A stretch of DNA of 64,000 nt from Candidatus Eiseniibacteriota bacterium (GTDB lineage: Bacteria; Eisenbacteria; RBG-16-71-46; CAIMUX01; VGJL01): assembly GCA_963792585.1 (NCBI GenBank), contig CAWBWI010000003.1, positions 928,001 to 992,000 on the forward strand, given 5' to 3'. Both the position numbers and the translations under genes were made by a program. This document shows positions 27,138 through 37,773 of this stretch, in pieces. Position 1 is the first letter of the stretch. Every line of letters begins with the position of its first letter. The notes under the pieces are model-generated. The model did not search any database. It had not been told where the DNA came from and saw only the letters and a program-made list of their open reading frames with translations.

Positions 27138-27860
27138 ATGAGAGCGCATGCCAACATCGTGTGCCTTTGCATCGCAGTCGGGTGCCTGGCGGGGTGCGGG
27201 AAGTCGAGCAACTCCCCTGAAGAGGATTGCACTCCGGATACTCAATACAACCCCTCGATCAACCCCGCCGCGTTCGTCCTGACCGTCGACAACCCGCTGT
27301 TTCCGTTGGTGCCGGGAACGGAGTACGTCTACCAGGGCGGCCAGGAGACGATTCGCGTCACCGTGACCTCCGACTCGAAGGTCATCCTCGGCGTGACCGC
27401 CACCGTGGTTCACGATGTCGTGTCCGTGGGCGACGAGACCATCGAGGACACGTACGATTGGTACGCGCAAGACACTGCGGGCAACGTCTGGTACCTCGGC
27501 GAAGACACCAAGGAGTACGAGGGTGGCGTGGTCGTCAGCACCGAAGGCTCATGGGAGGCCGGGGTGGACGGCGCCAAACCCGGAATTGTGATGTATGCGA
27601 CACAGCCGGCTATCGGAGCGCCCTACCGCCAGGAATACTACGCCTGCGAGGCTGAGGACATGGCGGAGGTGGCTGGTGTGAACAGATCGGTCACGGTTCC
27701 CAGCGGCGCCTTCACCGGCTGTCTGCAAACGCGCGAGTTCACGCCCCTGGAAACCGACGTCAATGAGTACAAGTACTACGCCCCCGGCGTCGGTCTGGTG
27801 CTCGAAGTCGATGTCGAATCCGGTGCGCGCATGGAGCTCGTGACCGTGACGACTCCCTAG
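27138..27860 (+). CDS. Hypothetical lipoprotein
   Basis: GGAGG SD; lipobox LAG-C; DWYAQDTAGNVWYLGE...YYAPGVGLV. Confidence 0.8.
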   Translation: MRAHANIVCLCIAVGCLAGCGKSSNSPEEDCTPDTQYNPSINPAAFVLTVDNPLFPLVPGTEYVYQGGQETIRVTVTSDSKVILGVTATVVHDVVSVGDETIEDTYDWYAQDTAGNVWYLGEDTKEYEGGVVVSTEGSWEAGVDGAKPGIVMYATQPAIGAPYRQEYYACEAEDMAEVAGVNRSVTVPSGAFTGCLQTREFTPLETDVNEYKYYAPGVGLVLEVDVESGARMELVTVTTP

Positions 27861-28033
27861 CGGGGTCCGCCCGGGACGAACCGGTCCGGAAGATCATCGT
27901 GGCCGTGCCGTTGCTCCCCGGCAACGGCCGCGCAGCCCCGCCAGGGATCACGAGATGAGAATCCCCGGCGTGAGCACGCGCGCCCCCATCGAGTGGATGA
28001 GGGCGCGCGTTTGTCGGTCGCGATTCTCGGTCG

Positions 28034-31000
28034 CTATGCCGTGCTGGGAGCGAGATCGGGCACGTCCGGCCCTGCGCCCATTCCCTCCTCGTTGGGAACA
28101 CTTGCCGCGACCGGCACGCGCGTCCGCGCAACCAGCATGTAGACCGCCGGGACGATGAAGAGCGTGAAGAAGGTGCCGATGATCATGCCGCTCACGAGCA
28201 TGATCCCGATGCTGTTCCGCGCTCCGGCGCCCGGGCCGTGCGCGAAGACGAGCGGGAGGTGGCCGAACACCGTGGCCGCGGTCGTCATCAGGATAGGTCG
28301 CGAGCGCGTCCCCGCGGCCTCCATGACGGCCCGCAGCTTCTCCGCCCCCGTCTCCTGGAGGTGGTTCGCGAACTGGACGATCAGGATGCCGTTCTTTGCC
28401 ACGAGCCCCACCAGAGTGATCAGGCCCACCTGGCTGTAGATGTTCAGCGTCGTGAGGCCCAGGAACGAGAAGAGGAGCGCGCCCGAGAGCGCCAGCGGGA
28501 CCGAACCCGCCAGGATCACGAACGGATCTCGGAAGCTCTCGAACTGCGCCGCGAGCACCAGGTAGATCAGGATCGCCGAGAGGAGGAACACGGCAAGGAA
28601 CTTACTTCCCTCCGTGCGGAGCTGGCGCGACTCGCCCGCGTAGTCGACCGTGAAGCCGGGCGGGAGCATCGTTCTGGCTTCGTTCTCGAGGAACTTCAAC
28701 GCCCGGTCCAGAGAAACCGACGGGGGAACCACACCCTGGATACGCACGGCGTTGAGCTGCTGGAACCGCTTCAGCTCACGCGGTTCGGTCGTGGTCCGAA
28801 GCGTCGCAAACGTGGAAAGCGGCACCAAGGCGCCGTCCTTACCGCTGACGTAGATTTGCTCCAGCTGGTCCGGCGTCAGGCGCTCGCTACGCTTGACCTG
28901 GGGGATCACCTTGTAGCTTCGTCCCTGGATGCTGAAACGGTTCACGTAGTCCCCCCCCAGAAGGGTGGACAGATCCTCCCCGGCCTGGCTCATGTTGACG
29001 CCCTGCGAGCGCACCCTGTCGCGATTGAAGACAACCTCCGCCTGGGGCTGATCGAACTTGAGATCCGCGTCGGCGTACATGAAGAGCCCGCTCGCGAACG
29101 CCTTCTGCACGAGCTGATTCGCGAACTCCCCGAGTTGCTCCGGCTCCGCCGTAGAGCAGATCACGAAGTCCACGGGGAAATCGCCGCCGCCGGGTAGCGC
29201 GGGCGGAATCAGGGGTATCACCCGCACGCCCGGAATCTGCGAGAGTCCTCCCGCGGATTCCATCTGGAGCTGGGCCGTGCTCTTGCTTCGCTCGCCCCAG
29301 GGCTTCGTCACCATGCCCCCGAAACCCCCAGTCGGGTAGGTGATCTGGAAGGTATTCTGTGTCTCCGGGAACGACTGGTAGACCTGATTGACCTTCGCGG
29401 CGAAGAGCTTCGTCTGATCGATGGTCGAGTTCGCCGAGGCCTGGACGATCCCGAAGACGATGCTCTGGTCCTCGCTCGGCGCCAGCTCACGCTGCGAGAA
29501 CATGTAGAAGGGGACCATCATGACCACGACGATCGCCCACAGCACGAGCACGACCGGGCGATACTGCAGGGTCCAGGAGAGCGCGCGCCCGTACGCCCGA
29601 CGGACGGCGTCGAAGTGCCGGTTGATCATGCCCGCAAAGCCATGCCCGGTGTGCTCGGCACGCAGGAGCTTCGATCCCATCATCGGCGACAACGTCAGGG
29701 CGACCACTCCCGATACCATCACGGCGCCGGCGAGCGCGAACGCGAACTCACGGAACAGAGATCCGGTCAGACCGCCCTGGATCGCTACGGGGGTGTAGAC
29801 CGCAGCCAGGGTGATCGTCATGGCGATGATCGGACCGACCAGTTCCCGCGCCGCATCGATCGCCGCCTGGACGGGTCGTTTCCCGTTTCGCAGGTGTCGC
29901 TCCATGTTCTCGACCATCACGATCGCGTCGTCCACCACGAGACCCACCGAGAGCACGATCGCCAGCAAGGTCAGCAGGTTGATGGTGAATCCGGCCACCG
30001 CCATGATGAAGACGGCCCCGATGAGCGAGATGGGAATCGCCACGACGGGGATGACCACCGAGCGCATCGACCCCAAGAAGAGGAAGATGATCACGATCAC
30101 GATTAGGAGGGTCTCCGTGAGGGTCTTGAGCACTTCGTGGATCGCGTCCTGGATGTAGACGGTGGAGTCGTACGGGATGCCCGCCTTCATTCCCACCGGC
30201 AGTTGGGCCTGGATCTGCGGCATCGCCTCACGCACCCTGGCGATCACATCGAGCGAGTTCGCCGTCGGCAGGACCCAGACCCCCATGAAGGTGGCGGTCT
30301 CCCCGTTGAAGCGGACGTCCTCTTCATAGTTCTCGGCACCGAGCACGACATCCGCGATGTCGCCGAGGCGGACGACCGCGCCGTTGTCTTCCTTCACGAC
30401 CAACTGCCGGAACTCCTCGGGCGTCTGGAGTGCGGTGTTGGCGATCATGTTCACCGAGACCATGGACCCCTTCGTCCTGCCGAGGGCGGAGAGATAGTTG
30501 TTACGCGCGAGGGCGTCCCGAACCTGGGAGGGGGAGATCCCCAGCGACGCCATCCTGTCGGGTTTCAGCCAGACCCGCATGGCGAACGTGCGGTCGCCGA
30601 GGATATCGGCCCGCTGCACGCCTTCGATCGCCGACAGCTTCGGTTGCACGACGCGCGTGAGGTAGTCGGTGATCTGGTTCTGATCCAGGTCCTCCGACGC
30701 GAAGCCGATGTACATCGCCGCGAACTGGTTGTCGGCAGTCTCCAGCTCGATGATCGGCGCCTCCGCCTCCGGAGGAAGGTCGTTACGCACCTGCGCCACC
30801 TTCGCCTGGATCTGGGTCAGGGCGGCGTTGGTGTCGTAGTTGAGCTTCAGGTGCACGGTGATCGTGCTCACGCTCTGGGCGCTGGAGGACTCGAGATAGT
30901 CGATGCCGTCCGCGCTGGCGATCACACGCTCGAGCGGGCTCGTGATGAACCCGCGCACGAGATCGGCATTCGCGCCGATGTATGCGGTCGTGACACGGAT

Positions 31001-31132
31001 GACCGCGATGTCGCTACGCGGGAACTGGCGCACGCTGAGCGACCGGATCGACTGCAGCCCGGCGATCAGGATGATCAGGTTGACGACGATCGCGAGGACG
31101 GGCCGTCGTACGAAGAGATCTGTGAATTTCAT
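28034..31132 (-). CDS. RND efflux permease (AcrB/MexW-like)
   Basis: FVRRPV, GLVVDDAIVMVEN, AQFESF, KNGILIV, RPILMT. Confidence 0.95.
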   Translation of the reverse strand: MKFTDLFVRRPVLAIVVNLIILIAGLQSIRSLSVRQFPRSDIAVIRVTTAYIGANADLVRGFITSPLERVIASADGIDYLESSSAQSVSTITVHLKLNYDTNAALTQIQAKVAQVRNDLPPEAEAPIIELETADNQFAAMYIGFASEDLDQNQITDYLTRVVQPKLSAIEGVQRADILGDRTFAMRVWLKPDRMASLGISPSQVRDALARNNYLSALGRTKGSMVSVNMIANTALQTPEEFRQLVVKEDNGAVVRLGDIADVVLGAENYEEDVRFNGETATFMGVWVLPTANSLDVIARVREAMPQIQAQLPVGMKAGIPYDSTVYIQDAIHEVLKTLTETLLIVIVIIFLFLGSMRSVVIPVVAIPISLIGAVFIMAVAGFTINLLTLLAIVLSVGLVVDDAIVMVENMERHLRNGKRPVQAAIDAARELVGPIIAMTITLAAVYTPVAIQGGLTGSLFREFAFALAGAVMVSGVVALTLSPMMGSKLLRAEHTGHGFAGMINRHFDAVRRAYGRALSWTLQYRPVVLVLWAIVVVMMVPFYMFSQRELAPSEDQSIVFGIVQASANSTIDQTKLFAAKVNQVYQSFPETQNTFQITYPTGGFGGMVTKPWGERSKSTAQLQMESAGGLSQIPGVRVIPLIPPALPGGGDFPVDFVICSTAEPEQLGEFANQLVQKAFASGLFMYADADLKFDQPQAEVVFNRDRVRSQGVNMSQAGEDLSTLLGGDYVNRFSIQGRSYKVIPQVKRSERLTPDQLEQIYVSGKDGALVPLSTFATLRTTTEPRELKRFQQLNAVRIQGVVPPSVSLDRALKFLENEARTMLPPGFTVDYAGESRQLRTEGSKFLAVFLLSAILIYLVLAAQFESFRDPFVILAGSVPLALSGALLFSFLGLTTLNIYSQVGLITLVGLVAKNGILIVQFANHLQETGAEKLRAVMEAAGTRSRPILMTTAATVFGHLPLVFAHGPGAGARNSIGIMLVSGMIIGTFFTLFIVPAVYMLVARTRVPVAASVPNEEGMGAGPDVPDLAPSTA

Positions 31133-32259
31133 CAGCTGTCCTCCGGCCGCGGCGCGGGGCTGTTCGAGGGCTGGATTTCATTGTTCACGAGGATGGCCGC
31201 GCCGTTGCGCAGCTTGAATACGCCCGAGGTCGCGACCTCCTGGCCCGGCGTGAGACCCGAGAGAACGGCGATCTGATCGCCGCGCGAACCGCCGAGTTTC
31301 ACGAACTGCTGGCGGACGCCTTTGTAGTTCTGACCGTTGGGACCCTTCAGATCCTCCACGATGAATACGGAATCACCGTAGGGCGCGTAGCTGATCGCTG
31401 AGGCCGGAAGGGCGACCATGGGGCTTCCCGGCCCCATCACGACCTGGGTTTCGACGAACATTCCGGGGCGGAGCCTCCCGCCGGGGTTCTGGAAGGTCGC
31501 CTGAACCTGGACGTTGCGTGTCGACTCATCGACGCGCGCGTTGATCGCCGTGATCCTGCCGTGCGGCCCGGGGCCGTCCGTGCCATCCGCGATGAGCTCC
31601 ACATCGCCGCCGACACGCAGATCCCCGACCTGCTGCTGGGGCACGGAAAAGTTGACGTAGATCGGGTCCAGCGACTCCAGGGGAACGACCGGATTCCCGC
31701 CCGTCAGGTACTGGCCCAGATTGACCTGGCGGATCCCCAGGATCCCCGAGAAGGGAGCTCGGATGGTCTTGCGCTCGATGGTGGCCTGGATCTCGTCCAC
31801 CCGGGCTTCCGCCTGTTTCAGCTCAGCAGAGCTGCGGTCGTACTCCGATTGCGAGGTGACTCCCTTCTCACGAAGTGCGCTGATCCGATCGAAGTTCAGT
31901 CGCGCTAGGTCACGCTGGGCCTCGGCGGCGGCCAGCTGCGCCTTCTCCTGGCGCGTATCGAGCGAGACGAGGAGATCGCCCTCCTTCACGGCCCGACCCG
32001 ACTCGAATGCGATGCTGTCGACGATGCCGGGTAGATCCGCACTGACGGTGACCCCGTGGACCGCCTCCACGCTGCCGATGAAACCCAGCGTTGCGGGCCA
32101 CTCATTCTGCTCGGTGACGATCGTGGTGATTGCCTCCGGTGGAGGCTGCCACGACATTCCCTGAGCGATGGCTGTCTGAATCTGCCGGTACTTCACGAAC
32201 CCGATGGCCCCGAGGAAGAATAGGGCGGCCACCAGCATCAATATCATGCGTCGCTTCAT
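31132..32259 (-). CDS. RND periplasmic adaptor (MFP)
   Basis: N-terminal TM; IRAPFSG; LRPGMF. Confidence 0.92.
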   Translation of the reverse strand: MKRRMILMLVAALFFLGAIGFVKYRQIQTAIAQGMSWQPPPEAITTIVTEQNEWPATLGFIGSVEAVHGVTVSADLPGIVDSIAFESGRAVKEGDLLVSLDTRQEKAQLAAAEAQRDLARLNFDRISALREKGVTSQSEYDRSSAELKQAEARVDEIQATIERKTIRAPFSGILGIRQVNLGQYLTGGNPVVPLESLDPIYVNFSVPQQQVGDLRVGGDVELIADGTDGPGPHGRITAINARVDESTRNVQVQATFQNPGGRLRPGMFVETQVVMGPGSPMVALPASAISYAPYGDSVFIVEDLKGPNGQNYKGVRQQFVKLGGSRGDQIAVLSGLTPGQEVATSGVFKLRNGAAILVNNEIQPSNSPAPRPEDS

Positions 32260-32292
32260 TGTCGAACGTCTCCCTTGCTATCCGAACACAGT

Positions 32293-33852
32293 TCAGGGCG
32301 TGGCCTCGCCCAGGTCGATGCCCCTTGCCTCGATCAAGGATCCGGTCGCGCGCGCCATCTCGGTGCGTGCGGTCCGGTAGTCGATCAGAGACGAAATCTC
32401 GTCGAGCCGAGCGCGCGAGAGGTCGTTCTGTCGCGTGAGGACGAGAAAGTTCGTGGAGAGCCCCGCCGCGTATCGATCCCGTTCCGCCGAGAGCTGCACC
32501 TGCGCCGCGTCACGACCCGCGCGGGCGGCGGTAATCCGCTGGCCGGCAGTCTCCAGTGCTGCCGCCGCATCGAGGACCTCGGCACGGATGATCTTGCGCA
32601 CCTGTGCCAGGTTCGCTTCCGCTTGCCGCTCTACGCTTCGCGCCGAGACGGCGGCGGCGCGGGCCGTCCGATTGCGTATCGGGAAGCCCAGGACGAGGCC
32701 CACGCGGACCGCGTCGAAGTCGCCATCGCCCAGTTTCTCGAAAGACCGCCCGAGATCTCCTTCCATGCTGGACGGCAGCATCCCCTCCGGATTGGCGGGA
32801 TTGCGCGAGCCGGCCAGACCGAATCGGTCGTAGGAAACGACGGCGTCGAGGGAAGGCCGGACGGTGTTGCGGGCGTAGGCCGTTTCGGCCCGGCGCCGCT
32901 CCACACCGGCTTCTCCCATCTGCAGCTCGGGCCTGACATGGAGAGCACTTTCCAGAAGCGAATCGACGTTCACGGGCGCGGGCTCGACCGTTGCGGCGTC
33001 GACCGGAACGATCGGGTCGTGCCATAGCGGGTCGTCATCGCCAAGGATCAGCAGCTTGAGCGCGTTCTCCGCGCGAGAGACCTGCTCGCGCGACGCGAGC
33101 TGGTCCCCCGTGCGCCGCTCCAACTCCGCCCGAGGCTGCGCCAGCTCGGTCTCCGGGACGGAGCCGCTCTCGACGCGCGTGCCCGTCTCGGTGAGCTGTT
33201 CCTGGGCAAGGCGCACGGCTTCGTCCCGCACCTCCTGCCCGAGCCGGGCGGCGACGAGCGCCCAGTAGGCCTCTTCCACGGAAGCGACCGCATCGGTGAC
33301 CGTTCGGCGCAGGTCCGCCGCGGCCGCCTGCCGTTCCGATCTCGCGACCCGCACGGAGAGTCGAGCCGGATCGGCCACGAGATCGCGCAGAAGGGGCTGC
33401 CGCAGCTCGACGCCGACCTGCGTGCCGTACGCCGGGGTGAGAAGGGCCAGCGTGCCGTCCGTCGTTTCCTTTGACGCCTTTCCTCCGACAGACACGGCCC
33501 CGCCCGTGGGGAGAAGCTGACGGATCGAAACGCTGCCGTCGGCGGCCTTGTTCGTCGGGGCGAACTCTCCCTCAGGCGCGCCGGAGAACGAGGAGTTCAC
33601 CGGCGCGGACGACCTCTGCCATCCGCCCGCGACCTCGAGCCGCGGATCATAGGCGCCCCTCGCGCCGCTCACAGCCGCGGTCGCGGCGGCCAGCGATTCC
33701 TTCCCGATCAGAATCTCGTTGTTGTTCTCGAGCGCCCGCTGAATCGCTTCCGTGAGCGTCAACGGATGATCTGCTCCTCGCACCGATCCGGCCGCGATCG
33801 CGACCATGACCACGCCAAGTATGACGTGACGATTCCACCGCCGAACAATCAT
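32293..33852 (-). CDS. TolC-family outer membrane efflux protein
   Basis: LTLTEAIQRALENN; helical repeats; RYAAGLST..VL. Confidence 0.9.
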   Translation of the reverse strand: MIVRRWNRHVILGVVMVAIAAGSVRGADHPLTLTEAIQRALENNNEILIGKESLAAATAAVSGARGAYDPRLEVAGGWQRSSAPVNSSFSGAPEGEFAPTNKAADGSVSIRQLLPTGGAVSVGGKASKETTDGTLALLTPAYGTQVGVELRQPLLRDLVADPARLSVRVARSERQAAAADLRRTVTDAVASVEEAYWALVAARLGQEVRDEAVRLAQEQLTETGTRVESGSVPETELAQPRAELERRTGDQLASREQVSRAENALKLLILGDDDPLWHDPIVPVDAATVEPAPVNVDSLLESALHVRPELQMGEAGVERRRAETAYARNTVRPSLDAVVSYDRFGLAGSRNPANPEGMLPSSMEGDLGRSFEKLGDGDFDAVRVGLVLGFPIRNRTARAAAVSARSVERQAEANLAQVRKIIRAEVLDAAAALETAGQRITAARAGRDAAQVQLSAERDRYAAGLSTNFLVLTRQNDLSRARLDEISSLIDYRTARTEMARATGSLIEARGIDLGEATP

Positions 33853-34085
33853 CGCATCTCTCCTCGGAGATCACTCTTCTGCAATCGTGGGTCGAGAGTA
33901 TCGGCGAAGCGTGAGAGCCGACGGGAATCGATGCAAAGCAGCCCTCGAATCTCGCAACCCGTCAGCTCCACGCCCCTCTCGACGAGTTCATGGAGAACAG
34001 CACTCGGTTCCTGTGCGAAGCGGCGTCGCAACGCCTCGTCCGTCGCCAGCAATCCGATCACGCGCTCCACGTTCGTCTGGCTCAT
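33849..34085 (-). CDS. Small Os1348-like (NHLP leader-peptide clan) protein, 78 aa
   Basis: MSQTNVERVIGLLATDEALRRRF...GVELT..E; 4-bp overlap with tolC. Confidence 0.7.
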   Translation of the reverse strand: MSQTNVERVIGLLATDEALRRRFAQEPSAVLHELVERGVELTGCEIRGLLCIDSRRLSRFADTLDPRLQKSDLRGEMR

Positions 34086-34156
34086 GGCCCCCTCTCCTTG
34101 CTCCTTCCTATCGATTTGTTGATTGCGCGCGCGCACGCCCGCCGGGGACGCCGCGC

Positions 34157-34801
34157 CTAGAACCGGTAGGCGAGACCGATCGTCCCGCGCTCCATCCAGA
34201 TCTTGTCGGCAGTTCCGTCGACGGACAGGCCGGCCGCATCTTCGGCCGGAAACGCCACGAGCTCACGGAAGTCCGCCCGCAACGACCACGGGCCGCTCAC
34301 CGCATAGGTCACACCGGCCCCGAAGTTGAGGGCGAACGCCGTCTCCGACGACTTGATCTGCGGAAGACGATCGGCATCGGTGTTGGACAGGAAGGTGACA
34401 GCTCCCGCGCCGCCCGTCAGATATGGCCGCACGGGCCCGTTCGCCGATGGCCATGTGGCCCGGAGGTTCGCCTGGTAGGCCAGGATGTCCGGCGTCTTCA
34501 CGTCCAAGTTCGAATCCGATCCGACATCTATGCTCTGCTTGATCGGGACGACCCAGGTGAATTCACCCTCCGCCGCGAAGATCGACGTGAGGTGGTAGGT
34601 CAGCGCCGCAGTTACCGGGATGTTCACGAGATTGTCAGCGAGGGCGGTGTCGTTCTTGTTGAGGGCCTGAACTCCTCCCTGGAGTGAGTACTCGAGACCC
34701 GATCCCGGGCCGTATCCCTGCGCGAAGGCGGTGAACGGCGTTCCCTGCGTGAGAATGACAAGCGCCCCTGCGAGTATCGCGAAAGCTTTCATGGACTTCA
34801 T
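34157..34801 (-). CDS. Outer-membrane beta-barrel protein (OmpA-like TM domain)
   Basis: Signal peptide; PYLTGGAG, NFGAGV; terminal GLAYRF (BAM-type). Confidence 0.85.
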   Translation of the reverse strand: MKSMKAFAILAGALVILTQGTPFTAFAQGYGPGSGLEYSLQGGVQALNKNDTALADNLVNIPVTAALTYHLTSIFAAEGEFTWVVPIKQSIDVGSDSNLDVKTPDILAYQANLRATWPSANGPVRPYLTGGAGAVTFLSNTDADRLPQIKSSETAFALNFGAGVTYAVSGPWSLRADFRELVAFPAEDAAGLSVDGTADKIWMERGTIGLAYRF

Positions 34802-34920
34802 GACTTCCCTCCTTGAAGGAGGAGGAACCATGCGAGTGTCGATTCGGTCGGTGCCGGTCGCCGAGCGCGCCGGAGATCCTTCCCTGGATGCATGGCCCTC
34901 TCCTCTCGTCCAAAGCTCTA

Positions 34921-34936
34921 TACAAGAGGGATGCCA
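34921..34936 (-). promoter_or_regulatory. Sigma54 -24/-12 promoter for the OMP-Os1348-TolC-RND operon
   Basis: Minus strand TGGCATCCCTCTTGTA vs consensus TGGCACGNNNNTTGCW (GT variant at -12); adjacent EBP gene. Confidence 0.6.
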
Positions 34937-35147
34937 GTCCGAGGACTTCGGTGCATTGCGCTCGTGAGTTCGTGCGCCTTCAGCAGTTGCGGGACGCGTG
35001 GCGCTGGGGATGGCGGGCAGGGGATGGCGGCCGGACTGCGGAGAAATCGACAGGTTGTCGCTTTACCCGCGGTTCTGTCGCGGCGAGTCCAGCGCACGAC
35101 GCATCGTCGCGTTTCGGCGAGCCCCGGCATGAACCGCTGAACGCCGC

Positions 35148-37334
35148 TTATTGAATGCTGTATTTCTCGAGGCGGGAATAGAGCTGCGCGCGGCTCAGGC
35201 CGAGCAGCCGTGCGGCCCTCGACTTGTTTCCCTTGGCTTGCTGGAGAGCCTTCTCGACGAAACCCCGTTCGACGGCATCGAGATCGATGCCTCTTGCGGG
35301 TAACGGAGCCTGTGCGTCGATGAGACCACCCGCGCCGGCATCGGCGGATGCCACCACATCTCCCCGCACCACGGCCGCGGGAAGGTGCTCCCGCGTGATC
35401 AGGCCGCCGTCGCATAGGAGGATGGCGCGCTCGATCGCGTTTCGCAGCTCACGGGCATTCCCCGGCCACGGGTGCGCCACGAGCCAGCCGCGCGCGTCCT
35501 TTGAGATGCCCGCGGCGGGGCGGCCCATCGTCCGCCCCAGATCTTCGAGGAACACCTCCGCCATGGGGAGGATGTCTTCCGGTCGCTCGCGAAGGGGCGG
35601 GATGCGGATCTGGAACACATTCAAGCGGTAGTAGAGGTCCTCGCGAAACGCCTGCATCGCAATTGCCGCGACGAGATCGCGATTCGTCGCCGCGATGATC
35701 CGGACATCCGCCCGGAGCGTGCGCGTGCCGCCGAGTCGCTGGAACTCCCGCTCCTGCAGCACGCGGAGGATCTTCGCCTGAACGAACTGGCTCATCTCGC
35801 CGATTTCGTCCAGGAACAGCGTCCCTCCCGCGGCCTGCTCGAGCCGCCCGATCTTCGTGGTGATCGCGCCCGTGAAGGCGCCCTTCTCGTGGCCGAAGAG
35901 CTCCGACTCCAGGAGGTGCTCGGGAAGAGCCGCGCAGTTGATCGCGACGAACGGCTTCGCCGCCCGGGGCGAGCCCTGATGGATCAAGTGGGCAAGGACC
36001 TCCTTGCCGGTGCCGGATTCCCCCACGATCAGCGCGGTCGTCTCGGACGGCGCCACGCGGCCGACCTGCAGGAGGGCTTCCTTCCAGGGACCGGACACGC
36101 CGACGACACGGCCTCTCCCGCGCGTCTCCATTTCGCGCGTCAGCGTCTCGACGGTGGCGGCGAGCCTCTCCGCCCGCTCGCGGGCCTCCGTCGCGGTCCG
36201 GGCCTCTTCGGAGAGTCTGTGGTGGGAGAGCATCAGCGCGACGCGATCGGCGAGCCGGCTCGCCACCTCCACGTCATCGCGATCGTATCGGGAAGGCTCG
36301 CGGTGGAGGAACCCGAGGCCCCCGCTAACCTTGTCCGATAGGCGCACGGGGACGCGCAGCCATGATCGCATTCCCGACTCGGCGAGGAGGTGCTCCTTCT
36401 CCGTCTCGGGTGAGAGCTCGGCGGGGATGTCCCGCATGATCTCGAAGTCGCGGGCCCGATGCTCCGCCTCCTCTTCCGTGAGGGGGATCGGTTCGGTCGG
36501 GGGCGCGACATCGGCACGGCCGGCAACCGCGATCACACGAATCGATCGCGCGTGCAGTTCCAGCTCTGTCAGGACCATCACGTCATGATCCAGCACCGGC
36601 TGGATCCCCTCGGAAATCCGCTCGAACACCTCACGGACATCCAGCGACTCGGCCATCGTCCCGAACAGCGTCTCGATCCGATCGAGCCGCGCCTGCCGCC
36701 GCCTGTCGGCGTCCCAGATCCGCCAGTGCTCCACCGCAGAACCAAGAATGGCGGCGATCGGCCGCATCACCTGCTGGTGCTCGTCCGTGAAGGCGTGCCG
36801 CGCGTAGGCGCTGAGCCAGACTCCGCCGCTGAACGGCTCCGTCGCCCGAAACGGTTCCCAGAGCGCGGATCGGGCGCCCCCCTGAAGCATCTGCGCGTCC
36901 CCCGGGAACGTCGGATCCAGCTCGATCTCCGCATCGCCGACCCGCTGGATGGCTCCGGCACGCGGTCGCATGCGTGGCGACCAGATCGATAGCGGACACG
37001 GACCCGAGCAACCGGTCGCCTTTTCCCCGGGGCATTCATCCAGCGTGGTCGCGTGCATGACCGTCCACTGGCCCTCCAGAATGCGGATCACCCCCATGTG
37101 ATCGACCGGGATGAGTTCGCGGACGGACGTTGCGATGCGCTCGAAGACATCCTGTAGCTCGAGTGTCTCCGACGCGGTCGTCGCGATGTCCGCAAGCACG
37201 CGGGCTACGGCCTCCGGATGGATGAACGGAGGCCGGAGCTGCGTGGCCGTGTCGACCGCCTCGGCGGTCTTTTGCGGGCTCGAAGGGGTCATGATATTCA
37301 CGTTAACAGATGGCACCTTGATTGTCTGCGTCAC
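35148..37334 (-). CDS. Sigma54-dependent enhancer-binding protein with two GAF-like domains
   Basis: [39 protein letters not shown]-terminal Fis HTH. Confidence 0.93.
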   Translation of the reverse strand: MTQTIKVPSVNVNIMTPSSPQKTAEAVDTATQLRPPFIHPEAVARVLADIATTASETLELQDVFERIATSVRELIPVDHMGVIRILEGQWTVMHATTLDECPGEKATGCSGPCPLSIWSPRMRPRAGAIQRVGDAEIELDPTFPGDAQMLQGGARSALWEPFRATEPFSGGVWLSAYARHAFTDEHQQVMRPIAAILGSAVEHWRIWDADRRRQARLDRIETLFGTMAESLDVREVFERISEGIQPVLDHDVMVLTELELHARSIRVIAVAGRADVAPPTEPIPLTEEEAEHRARDFEIMRDIPAELSPETEKEHLLAESGMRSWLRVPVRLSDKVSGGLGFLHREPSRYDRDDVEVASRLADRVALMLSHHRLSEEARTATEARERAERLAATVETLTREMETRGRGRVVGVSGPWKEALLQVGRVAPSETTALIVGESGTGKEVLAHLIHQGSPRAAKPFVAINCAALPEHLLESELFGHEKGAFTGAITTKIGRLEQAAGGTLFLDEIGEMSQFVQAKILRVLQEREFQRLGGTRTLRADVRIIAATNRDLVAAIAMQAFREDLYYRLNVFQIRIPPLRERPEDILPMAEVFLEDLGRTMGRPAAGISKDARGWLVAHPWPGNARELRNAIERAILLCDGGLITREHLPAAVVRGDVVASADAGAGGLIDAQAPLPARGIDLDAVERGFVEKALQQAKGNKSRAARLLGLSRAQLYSRLEKYSIQ

Positions 37335-37773
37335 GATGCCGTCGAGTGCGGTCCCCGCGAAGCGATCGTGTGCGCCGCGCGAGGAATCAGGCGGGGCGCA
37401 ATTTCACGTCTACTAAAACAGATCGGGGGTCTGAACCACCGTTTCTGATAGTGCCTCTTCCACCCGTCGATCGAACGGCGGATGGGGACATGCGTAGAAC
37501 GGGCGCTGATGGCCGCATGCGGGGGACGATCGCACGGACCCGCCCCGGTGGACTTCGGCGTCCACGGAGCGAAATTCAGTACCGCCGGTGGAGAAACCCG
37601 GTCCCGCATCTCGGACGGGGCAAATTGCTGGTCCGCGATCCTGTGGCTTTTTTCATCAAGCCACATTGCTCCGGACCCGACCAATTCTAACGGATCCAGC
37701 AGGATCGAACTGCCCATGGGGGATACGGATAGCCGAAAAGGGACGCTTTGAATTCTCTGTGAGGGCTTCGCAA

